From a virus (lineage: Duplodnaviria > Caudoviricetes): a stretch of DNA of 60,032 nucleotides. Both the position numbers and the translations under genes were made by a program. How positions within the stretch are numbered: position 1 is the stretch's first letter; each line of letters begins with the position of its first letter. Positions 50,003 to 58,041 of this stretch are shown here, one piece after another. The notes beneath the pieces were generated by a model, which saw nothing but the letters and a program-made list of their open reading frames with translations, did not search any database and was not told the DNA's origin. The DNA is taken from positions 1-60,032 of the IMG/VR virus record IMGVR_UViG_3300024259_000033, one strand, 5' to 3'.

Positions 50003-50146
50003 ATGGGAATAAAAATATTTTTAACATTACTAATATGTGTAATTAGTGCATTATTAGGAATAGATGTACATGTTAAAAATTACAAAGGGGTAGCTATTGA
50101 AGGAACTTTAGTATTTTTAATTTCAATAGCAATAGTATTATCATAA
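50003..50146 (+). CDS. 47-aa two-TM membrane peptide
   Basis: GAGGAGG RBS, hydrophobic. Confidence 0.55.
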   Translation: MGIKIFLTLLICVISALLGIDVHVKNYKGVAIEGTLVFLISIAIVLS

Positions 50147-50167
50147 ATAAATAAATCGATTTACATT

Positions 50168-50253
50168 GCGAGGGTGATGGAACTGGAGATACATGCAGCA
50201 CTTAAAATGCTGTGCTTAGATGATTGAGGGTTCGACTCCCTCCCTTCGCACCA
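50168..50253 (+). tRNA. tRNA-Leu(TAA)
   Basis: CAGCA-CTTAAAA-TGCTG arm, long variable region, CCA. Confidence 0.9.
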
Positions 50254-50274
50254 TTAAAATATAAGAGGTGAATT

Positions 50275-50520
50275 ATGAAAATTTTTAAACGTATTAGAAA
50301 TTCTTATCAAAAATATTGTTGTAGTTGTAATTATTTTGTTAAAACTTATAAATACAAAGAAGAAAAAGAATATAATATTCGTGGTAATATATATAAAGCA
50401 CCATATATTAAACGTATATGTAAAGATTGTATGAATGAAGTATCTTATGGTAGAGATAAAGATAAAAATATAAAAAGTTTAGAAAAAGCAATGAGATATG
50501 GTGCTGTAACTAAGCGGTAA
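50275..50520 (+). CDS. Small Cys-containing hypothetical protein
   Basis: GAGGTG RBS. The stop codon lies inside tRNA-Cys. Confidence 0.55.
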   Translation: MKIFKRIRNSYQKYCCSCNYFVKTYKYKEEKEYNIRGNIYKAPYIKRICKDCMNEVSYGRDKDKNIKSLEKAMRYGAVTKR

Positions 50521-50574
50521 GGTAATAGATTGCAAATCTATTTTTCCTCAGTTTAAATCTGAGCAGTACCTCCA
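50500..50574 (+). tRNA. tRNA-Cys(GCA)
   Basis: GGTGCTG/CAGTACC acceptor, ATAGA-TTGCAAA-TCTAT, U73-CCA. Confidence 0.85.
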
Positions 50575-50589
50575 AAGAAAGGTGAATAA

Positions 50590-50763
50590 ATGGAAATATA
50601 TATAAACAAAAAAATTAATCGTGTATATGTTCTTGTAGAAGAAATTAATATTATTGAAAGTAGATTTTTATGTATTAATGATGGTTATACATATACCATA
50701 CCTATCAATGAGTTAATGTTTGTAGTTAATGATAAACAAATAGGTTTTTATAAAAGAAGTTAA
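50590..50763 (+). CDS. Hypothetical protein (57 aa)
   Basis: AAGGTG RBS, open frame between tRNAs. Confidence 0.5.
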   Translation: MEIYINKKINRVYVLVEEINIIESRFLCINDGYTYTIPINELMFVVNDKQIGFYKRS

Positions 50764-50773
50764 TACACTATAA

Positions 50774-50859
50774 GCAAGAGTGACGGAACTGGAAATACAT
50801 GCTGGTCTTAGAAACCAGTGCTTAGATGATTGAGGGTTCGACTCCCTCCTCTTGTACCA
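50774..50859 (+). tRNA. tRNA-Leu(TAG)
   Basis: CTGGT-CTTAGAA-ACCAG arm. Variable and T-arm region identical to tRNA-Leu(TAA). CCA. Confidence 0.9.
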
Positions 50860-50868
50860 AGGAGAAGA

Positions 50869-51072
50869 ATGGAAAATAAAATTGATAATCTCGCAATGTT
50901 AGAGTTATTTCATAAGCGAGATAAAACAGAAATTAATATGTCTTTTGAAGCTTTTTGTAAAAAAAAGATAGACACAAAAGAATATTATCAAGAAGTAAAT
51001 ATAGCCAATTTAAAAAAATTAAATAAAGATATTACTACTGTAATAAATCATGCGATTTATAAATTATTATAA
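50869..51072 (+). CDS. Hypothetical protein
   Basis: ATG 50869 with AGGAG RBS. The track start lies inside the tRNA. Confidence 0.55.
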   Translation: MENKIDNLAMLELFHKRDKTEINMSFEAFCKKKIDTKEYYQEVNIANLKKLNKDITTVINHAIYKLL

Positions 51073-51116
51073 TTTATTAGTTGTATTTTTATATATAATA
51101 AAAAGGAAGGTGATAT

Positions 51117-52079
51117 ATGCGTTTTAACAAAGCTATTGCTATTACTATTATCATATCATTAGTATTAGTAGTAAGTGGTTTTTTATGGTTACCTACTATT
51201 GAAATAGAATCAATATTAAGTACAAAAGAAAATACACTACAAAGCAGCAATTCTTATATAATAGATGTTAATTATAGATCGAATAATATCTATAAAGAAC
51301 CTATAATTGAGAAAGTAGAAATAGAAGTAGAAATAGAAAGAACTATACAAGAAGAATTTGAATATTTAACTATTTCACAAAGCTTAACTAAGGAAGAACA
51401 AGTATTATTATTTATAGATTTAATCGCACCACAAATGAGTCAGGAACATATAGATTGGGGACTATGGGCTAGTCCTAGAATTGCACAGGCTATATTGGAA
51501 TCAAGCATTGGTAGTTCTGGAATAGCTCAAAATACAAATAATCTATTTGGAGTAAAAACAGACGACGATGATTCAGATTATGAAGTATATGTACAAGAAT
51601 TTATTAATGGACAATGGCAATCAGTAAAATCACAATTTAAAACATATGATGCATGGCATAGTAGCATAACTGATCAAGGCGAATTATTATGTGGTAGGCA
51701 ATATACTGGATTTAGAACAGCCCAAACTGTAAAACAAGCTTGTTTTAAATTACAAACTAGTGGATATGCTACAGATGAAAGATACTATTTAAAATTAATT
51801 AGTATTATTAATAGTTATGATTTGACACGTTTCGATAGAGAGGAACAAAATGATTATACATTTTTTGTATTAAAGGAAGGTGGTAGTTATAGACCGCCTG
51901 AAACACGTATACTACAAGATTTATTAATAAGTCATGGATATGATATTGTTTCCGATGGAGATTTTGGTCCATCAACTACAGAAGCAGTTAAAGACTTTCA
52001 ACTTAGGTGTGGTTTAGTTAGTGATGGTAAAGTAGGAATAAAGACTCATAAAAAACTAATAGGATATGAAGATTTTTAA
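51117..52079 (+). CDS. Cell-wall hydrolase: N-terminal TM/signal, glucosaminidase (GH73/FlgJ-like) and PG-binding domain
   Basis: IAQAILESS, NNLFGVK, GYATDERYY, then LQDLLISHGY..DGDFGPST..AVKDFQ..DGKVG. Confidence 0.9.
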   Translation: MRFNKAIAITIIISLVLVVSGFLWLPTIEIESILSTKENTLQSSNSYIIDVNYRSNNIYKEPIIEKVEIEVEIERTIQEEFEYLTISQSLTKEEQVLLFIDLIAPQMSQEHIDWGLWASPRIAQAILESSIGSSGIAQNTNNLFGVKTDDDDSDYEVYVQEFINGQWQSVKSQFKTYDAWHSSITDQGELLCGRQYTGFRTAQTVKQACFKLQTSGYATDERYYLKLISIINSYDLTRFDREEQNDYTFFVLKEGGSYRPPETRILQDLLISHGYDIVSDGDFGPSTTEAVKDFQLRCGLVSDGKVGIKTHKKLIGYEDF

Positions 52080-52090
52080 AAGGAGAAAAT

Positions 52091-52414
52091 ATGAGGACGT
52101 CTAAAATTAGAGGTCATAAAATATTTTACGATGGTACAGAATGGCGGTTTTGTGATACAAGAAAAGCTACATCACAAGCCGCCTTTTTGTCACGTCCATG
52201 CAATTATTGTAAAAAATATTCTACCAAAGAAGGGTATGATGGATGTTTAGGAACATTAATTGGTATAATGAATGTATGCTGTGGTCATAGAAGAAAAAAA
52301 GAAAGTTATGTTCAATTTTTAGATGGTCATTCAATACATGGTAAAGACGCATATAAAATTTTAAAAATACTTAAAAGAATAAATGGAGGACAAAATGAAA
52401 AAGAAAATACGTAA
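52091..52414 (+). CDS. Cys-rich hypothetical protein
   Basis: RPC..C...GYDGCLGTL..NVCCGH motif. Confidence 0.65.
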   Translation: MRTSKIRGHKIFYDGTEWRFCDTRKATSQAAFLSRPCNYCKKYSTKEGYDGCLGTLIGIMNVCCGHRRKKESYVQFLDGHSIHGKDAYKILKILKRINGGQNEKENT

Positions 52415-53519
52415 ATTGCTATTTGCTTTAATACTATTTTTATGTGTTAATGTATTTGTTGGAGCAGGCTTGCCTGCGACAGCAGAAAGGCAATTAGGAA
52501 ATGAAAAAGAATACATATTTTATGTAATTGGCGATGGGATGGGAGAGGCTCATCTACAATTAGGTAATATTTATAGCAAAGTTGCATATGGAAGTTCGGC
52601 AGTATGGGAATATCCTAGTTATCGTAGTATGTTAATAGGTGGTGCAGAAAGTTCACAGGGTGGTTCTATGTTAGCAACAGGCGAAAAAAATGGTGCAGGA
52701 TTAATTTCTGAACGCAAGGATGGAACAGAATTGATTACTATTTTAGATGTGGCAAAAGAAAATGGATATGCTACTGGTATTGTTACTAATGCAAGTTTAG
52801 CTGATGCTACCCCTGCTGCATTTTATGCACATGCAGACTATAGAAATAAAATGGATACTATATCGAAATGTATCCCTACATCAGAAGTTGACTACTTCAT
52901 TGGAGGTGGAAAGAATTTTCTAGATCGTAACAATATTGAGGGAGAAAACATAGTTAGTGTAATAGATTATGATTTACCTTTCCTTTATTTGAGACATCAT
53001 GAAAAATTTAAGCATTTATATGAGGATTTACCTTCTTTATTAAATATGACTTTAGATGCAATAGATTATTTAAATGATGATAATGATAAGATGTTTATAG
53101 TAATTGAGTCTTCTGCAATTGATGGTGCGGGACATCAGGAAAATGATGTGTATGCTGCGGCAGAAATGAATAGAATGAACTCACTAATTAGAATGTTATC
53201 TTCTTTTGATAATGCTAATATAATATTGACTGCTGATCATGAAACAGGTAATCATTCTATGTTAGATAAGCCTATTGCAATTAATCCTAAAAAAGAACCT
53301 ATCAATTTAATTTCAGCATCTAGAATGACTGCTAAGATTGCATATAATGCGGGATTAAGACCCCATTCTTCAAAACATTCGAGACAAAAAGTCCCATTAG
53401 TCTTATTCTTAGATGACGGCAAGGATGTACATCATTTTACCGATTGCAAATCTATTGTTGATATACCACATGCTATTTGTGATATGATGGGATGGGAAGA
53501 TACTCTAGATAATGATTAA
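52395..53519 (+). CDS. Secreted alkaline phosphatase family protein
   Basis: Signal peptide. VIGDGMG, DATPAAFYAH, IDGAGH, TADHETG metal-binding motifs. Confidence 0.9.
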   Translation: MKKKIRKLLFALILFLCVNVFVGAGLPATAERQLGNEKEYIFYVIGDGMGEAHLQLGNIYSKVAYGSSAVWEYPSYRSMLIGGAESSQGGSMLATGEKNGAGLISERKDGTELITILDVAKENGYATGIVTNASLADATPAAFYAHADYRNKMDTISKCIPTSEVDYFIGGGKNFLDRNNIEGENIVSVIDYDLPFLYLRHHEKFKHLYEDLPSLLNMTLDAIDYLNDDNDKMFIVIESSAIDGAGHQENDVYAAAEMNRMNSLIRMLSSFDNANIILTADHETGNHSMLDKPIAINPKKEPINLISASRMTAKIAYNAGLRPHSSKHSRQKVPLVLFLDDGKDVHHFTDCKSIVDIPHAICDMMGWEDTLDND

Positions 53520-53568
53520 TAAGGAACTTATAAAATACTAACTAATATAAAAGTCAAGCTATAAAAGC

Positions 53569-53597
53569 TTGACTTTTCCAGTTTTTTATGATATAAT
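53569..53597 (+). promoter_or_regulatory. Promoter whose -35 lies in an inverted repeat
   Basis: TTGACT-N17-TATAAT, within AAAAGTCAAGCT-ATAAA-AGCTTGACTTTT. Confidence 0.75.
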
Positions 53598-53626
53598 AGT
53601 ATTATAAGATAAAGGAAGGCAAAAAT

Positions 53627-54280
53627 ATGAAAAAAACATTATATCCAAAAACAGAAAGATACAATCCTAAAAAGCTAATACAGATTACTGAAAAAATTAA
53701 TGGTGAATGTATTGGTTTTGCTAAGGATTTAGATGGTAATTTTATGATTATACAAAGGAATAATTTTTTTACGTTATTTTGTAATGATCACAATGAAATA
53801 GATTTTTCTAATGAGTTAAGTGTTATTTCTATTTTATATAAACAACTTCATGACTGGTTATTAGAAAATGGAGAAATGTTATTTAATGAACTACATTCAG
53901 GTTCAGTAATTTTTGGAGAGTGGGTTCATTCAAATTCAGGTACCTATACTCAAGGTCATTATGGAGATAGTTTATTTAAAATGTTTGCTAAAGCAAATAT
54001 AGACGAATATTATATTATAGGTCGTTATAAATATGACCATGACTTATTTAAATATCCATTCATGAATGTAGAAATACCTTCTTATATTGATGTAGTTCCA
54101 TTTATTAATAAAATGCCTATGTGTGCTTTAAGTTTAGAATTTTTAAATCGTTTGTATGAGCGTTATACACGAACATATGGAATTCATGTAGAAGGATTCG
54201 TAATTGAGATTGATGGGATGATAAAAAAGTATGTTCGTAAAAAAGAAAATAAAACTATCGAACATTTTTGGAAAGATTAA
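53627..54280 (+). CDS. ATP-dependent RNA ligase (Rnl2-like nucleotidyltransferase)
   Basis: YPKT, motif I TEKINGE, IFGEW (III), FAKA (IIIa), EGFVI (IV), KKYVR (V). Confidence 0.85.
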   Translation: MKKTLYPKTERYNPKKLIQITEKINGECIGFAKDLDGNFMIIQRNNFFTLFCNDHNEIDFSNELSVISILYKQLHDWLLENGEMLFNELHSGSVIFGEWVHSNSGTYTQGHYGDSLFKMFAKANIDEYYIIGRYKYDHDLFKYPFMNVEIPSYIDVVPFINKMPMCALSLEFLNRLYERYTRTYGIHVEGFVIEIDGMIKKYVRKKENKTIEHFWKD

Positions 54281-54305
54281 ATTTGAAAATACTATAACAA
54301 AATTA

Positions 54306-54334
54306 TTGACTTTTTGTGAAAAAAATGATATAAT
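54306..54334 (+). promoter_or_regulatory. Promoter of the large ncRNA operon
   Basis: TTGACT-N17-TATAAT with extended TG, followed by ~1.4 kb without a credible ORF. Confidence 0.85.
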
Positions 54335-54358
54335 AAGTTATAAAGAGAATTAAAAAAT

Positions 54359-55246
54359 AAATAGATTTGGCAGTTTGGTGTCAACGAAGATAAATATGGT
54401 AACATATGAAAAGATAGTGTGATAAACTATCGCTATGAAAATAGTCTATCCAAACAATTGAGGACAGAGAGCTTCCCCTAATGGGTGCTTGTTTCATTAA
54501 GTGATTTGTGGAACTATAGCCTGTGAAGTTTTCCCAAAATGCGATGGTGTCTTATAATGTGCTAATTGTTATAAGATTATGCTACGTCAGAAACAACGGA
54601 CAGTCTGCGTTTCGTGCTATTATAACGATAGCTAGGGAATTGGTAAAACGAACAGTATCTAGAACTCAAAGACTATAAGTTTGAACTTAATCAGTAAAAG
54701 CGATAGTCAATATTACAAACGGTTTTTGGTTTAGCCTAGAATCTAGTAATATATCATGAGTAAACATGATTGTTGAAAATGTATAGCGGTGTGTTGCATT
54801 TATTATTCGCAAGATAATAAACAACTGTACTGGCACATCGTGTATCAGACCAGATTTGCGTAGGTTCGATCCCTACCTTCCCCACCATTTGGGGAAGTAG
54901 CTCAGTGGTAGAGCATTAGTATTAGAACTAAGTTAGAGAAAAGGTTATAAGCAAAAGACCAGTACATGGTTAGACGAAAGCAACTTAATGCCGTACTTAC
55001 AGAGGAATACGGCTCAATGGATACTGCAAGTTGAAATTGATTAATGGCATTTCTGCACGGTGGGTTCATTACCCTTTACATGCTGACGGTAGGAAATACA
55101 TTGAGTAGTTTAATTAATAAGAGGAGTGCCACTCTTTAAAAAAGGCAGTTGTAAGCAATACCGTTTTGGAACGGTGGATAAATAGAGAATAAATAATTCT
55201 ATAAAAGATGCTTAATGGTAGTTATAATCTCAGACTTTACCTATTT
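54359..55246 (+). ncRNA. Giant structured RNA, GOLLD-like (~890 nt), with embedded circularly permuted tRNA domain
   Basis: ORF-free. 5' AAATAG..AGTTTG pairs with 3' CAGACT..CTATTT. Many hairpins, and size and phage tRNA-array context match GOLLD. The family call is from recalled motif resemblance and is unverified. Confidence 0.6.
54860..54915 (+). ncRNA. Circularly permuted tRNA-like domain
   Basis: T arm GTAGG-TTCGATC-CCTAC, acceptor 3' strand CTTCCCC-A-CCA, TTT linker, acceptor 5' strand GGGGAAG, D arm GCTC-AGTGGTA-GAGC. Confidence 0.85.
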
Positions 55247-55251
55247 CTGTA

Positions 55252-55745
55252 AACAAGTAAATTGCGAAAGCATTTATGAGTTAAAGGAGTTTATGTAAGT
55301 AAACTCCATGATGTCGATGTAGTATGCCTCCACGTGGCGACATTGGGTAATTCTAAATACTATAGGTGAATTAATGACTGAATAATCCTTTTCACGGGAT
55401 AAGGTATGGTAAATATCGGGGTGAAGTTCCCTAATTTGAAATTCGATAGAAATATAAGATGTTAGCCAGTTTCAATATGATTGACCGTCATTAGATAGAC
55501 TAAACGATAGAGAAGCTATGCGGTGTTAAAACTGAATTTAGTTTCTTGCGGCTAGAGTATATCTCGAATGTGGTTTAGGTTGTAATATAATATGAAAGTC
55601 CGCTAATTTTGCAAGTAGTGAATGTATTACTTGGGTAAAACTGAATAACCCTGCTTCTAGTAAGTATCCTATTAATGAATGACGAGCCTATAAAGTTGAT
55701 TGAGAATGAAATTTACCAAATTAATATATACTATTGTATATATCA
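55252..55745 (+). ncRNA. Second large structured RNA (~500 nt), possibly ROOL-like
   Basis: ORF-free. Stems GGAGTTTA/TAAACTCC, ATGTCG/CGACAT, TAATGAC/GTCATTA, long-range TGGTAAAT/ATTTACCA. Ends at a terminator. Confidence 0.5.
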
Positions 55746-55778
55746 GAAATAGTGTATTTGCAAAAGTACACTATTTTT
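55746..55778 (+). terminator. Intrinsic terminator closing the ncRNA operon
   Basis: AAATAGTGTATTT-GCAA-AAGTACACTATTTTT. Confidence 0.8.
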
Positions 55779-55795
55779 ATTTTAAGGAGGAACTT

Positions 55796-56149
55796 ATGAA
55801 ACATATAGTACCATATGGAGTATCTGAATGGGACATTTTATTTGATAATGATATAAGTGTAGAATTAAAACATGTTAAATATGAAACTACAAGTATATTT
55901 GGTGGAGCAGATGGAGAAAGACGTATACAAGTTGATATTATCCATGCATCATTACCTGTTGATTTAATATTGACATTGTTAAATAATAAGGTAAAACAAA
56001 TTAGACAAAAGGTTGTCATACAATCTCTAGAGACAAGTGAGCAATCTACAATGGAAAATTTATTCGATGTTAATACATTTGAAATTGAAATAATTGCTGC
56101 AACACTTAGCCCAGCTGATATTCGTATAAATATTAATAAGATGATATAA
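55796..56149 (+). CDS. Hypothetical protein
   Basis: True start is ATG 55796 after AAGGAGG. Confidence 0.65.
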   Translation: MKHIVPYGVSEWDILFDNDISVELKHVKYETTSIFGGADGERRIQVDIIHASLPVDLILTLLNNKVKQIRQKVVIQSLETSEQSTMENLFDVNTFEIEIIAATLSPADIRININKMI

Positions 56150-56153
56150 AGAT

Positions 56154-56182
56154 TTGACTTTTTCAATAATTTATGATATAAT
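56154..56182 (+). promoter_or_regulatory. Promoter of second tRNA block
   Basis: TTGACT-N17-TATAAT. Confidence 0.75.
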
Positions 56183-56269
56183 TAATTATAAATTAAAATA
56201 TAAATATTTAATTTAAAAGTTATAGTAAATAATCTAGCTTTTTACAAAATAATAGAACATTTAAAACGA

Positions 56270-56341
56270 TGCGGGTTAGTGTAACGGCAGCATATAAGAC
56301 TCATTATCTTAAGGTGGGGTTCAACTCCTCGCCCGCACCCA
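56270..56341 (+). tRNA. tRNA-Met(CAT), slightly degenerate
   Basis: TGCGGGT/GCCCGCA acceptor, TAAGA-CTCATTA-TCTTA, short T stem. Confidence 0.7.
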
Positions 56342-56344
56342 TAT

Positions 56345-56420
56345 GACGCATTAGAACAATTGGTTAGTTCACCACCCTTTCAAGGTGACAACATGGGTTC
56401 GAACCCCGTATGCGTTACCA
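56345..56420 (+). tRNA. tRNA-Glu(TTC)
   Basis: GACGCAT/ATGCGTT acceptor, CTTTCAA loop, CCA. Confidence 0.88.
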
Positions 56421-56562
56421 AAAAACGGAAGTACTTGTCGAGGACTTCGGAGTGATAACTAGGACAAGGAAAGAGTGAAACATTGATAAGTTGTTTGATC
56501 AGTTATCTATACAACAGTGTAAGATGTGGACGTGGGAAGTTGGGTGTTGTCTTCCCTTTTAA

Positions 56563-56634
56563 GGTTCTATCGTATAGCGGTTAATACAACGGACTGTCGA
56601 TCCGTAAACGAGAGTTCAATTCTCTCTAGAATCG
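56563..56634 (+). tRNA. tRNA-Asp(GTC), no encoded CCA
   Basis: GGTTCTA/TAGAATC acceptor, ACGGA-CTGTCGA-TCCGT, G73. Confidence 0.88.
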
Positions 56635-56678
56635 GACTTATAATTATTTAAAGGTTTCATAAAAAGAGGCATTTAGCT

Positions 56679-57320
56679 ATGTCATACATTTATCAGATTA
56701 CCAATATAGTAAATGGCAAGCAATATATTGGTAAAACAGAAGGAACAATTGAAGAACGATGGAAACAACATTGCAAATCTTATAAACGGATAAATTGCGA
56801 AAAACGTCCATTATATTCAGCTATGAAAAAATATGGGTTAGATAGTTTTGTTATTATAAAACTAGAAGAATGTTTGCCACAAGATAGCAATGAAAAAGAA
56901 AAATATTGGATTGAAATATTAGGAACTTTTAAAAAAGGTTATAATGCAACTATTGGTGGAGATGGTGCTTTATTTATAGACTATGATTTAGTAGTAGAGA
57001 ACTATAAACATTTAAAAAATCAAACCAGTGTTGCAGAACTAATGAATATTACAACCGATAGCGTTAGAAAAATATTAAAAATTAAACATATATCTATATT
57101 AACAAGCAAAGAGGTTAATATTAATAGAGCAAATACGATTAATATGTTTGATAAAAACAATAAATTCATACGTAGTTTTGCTTCAGCAAAAGATGTAGGT
57201 AGATTTTTAATTATTAATAATAATTATACACAAGCAAATCTTACTTCAATATCTACAAATGTTGGTAGAGTTTGTAAGGGAAAAAGAAAAACCTGTATGG
57301 GTTTTATATGGGGAATATAG
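56679..57320 (+). mobile_element. Free-standing GIY-YIG homing endonuclease with NUMOD1-like C-terminal DNA-binding domain
   Basis: YIYQITNIVNGKQYIGKT..RWKQH, EKYWI, GYNATIGG, C-terminal FASAKDVGR..IS.NVGRVCKGKRKT.GFIW. Inserted between tRNA-Asp and tRNA-Met. Confidence 0.88.
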
Positions 57321-57394
57321 CAGTATGGTATAATTGGCTAACACATTCGGTTCATACCCGTAAGTTATAGGTTCAAACCCTTTTACTGCTACCA
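57319..57394 (+). tRNA. tRNA-Met/Ile2(CAT)
   Basis: AGCAGTA/TACTGCT acceptor, TTCATAC loop, CCA. Overlaps the endonuclease stop codon. Confidence 0.8.
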
Positions 57395-57396
57395 AA

Positions 57397-57825
57397 GCGT
57401 TATTTATAGTTTTCTCGCTTTAAAAGGCAAAGCTATCCCATGATAATTTGACGAAGAGTTTGGTAAAGAAATTATTATCGCAGAAGTATATTAGTGCGAT
57501 TCATAAGAATCTAATGCTTGCGTGAAGAACTATTGTCATTTTTAGTCACGTTGACACAAAATGAATGTGTGTATATACAGAGAAAATATACTTACCTTAT
57601 TGTTTATATCTAGTTGGCACAATAATGGTGTACCCCATATAATCCAACATTAAAATTTAACTTCTTTTATGGTGATAACCTAGTTGTGTAGTAGGGAGTT
57701 AGGTGTAGATATTAATTAATGCTACTTATAAAATATATCTTGATTGTAAGCCCATCAAGTATAAAGCGACAATGGCTAGGGATTTAGGAAGTCGCATACT
57801 AATGTATATCCAGAAACCTAATTTA
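57397..57825 (+). ncRNA. Candidate structured ncRNA (~430 nt), unassigned
   Basis: ORF-free spacer between two tRNAs with many stems and long-range pairs. Confidence 0.5.
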
Positions 57826-57828
57826 TAT

Positions 57829-57905
57829 GGGGTAGCATGATCCAAGGTTGGCGACAGTGCCTTGCAAGCACCGTGTGGCAGGTTCAATTCCTGTGTGCTC
57901 CACCA
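57829..57905 (+). tRNA. tRNA-Ala(TGC), atypical D arm
   Basis: GTGC-CTTGCAA-GCAC arm, GGTTCAATTCC, G3:U70-compatible acceptor, CCA. Confidence 0.75.
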
Positions 57906-58041
57906 ATATAGTAATAATAGTATAAAAAGTTAAAATAGATACCTATCTTTCTTACATAAAATATGAGAGTATAAGAATTTCATTTAAAATTCAAACTATT
58001 CTAATTTTTTTAAACATACGAGGAATCGTAGGGAGGGATAA

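Noticed and set aside
54860-54915. Two-piece tmRNA
   Set aside because: Has a full D stem and G3-C70 rather than G3:U70, and no evident tag reading frame. Not fully excluded without a model search.
57397-57905. One-piece tmRNA ending in CTCCACCA
   Set aside because: The 3' end is accounted for by a complete local tRNA-Ala cloverleaf starting at 57829.
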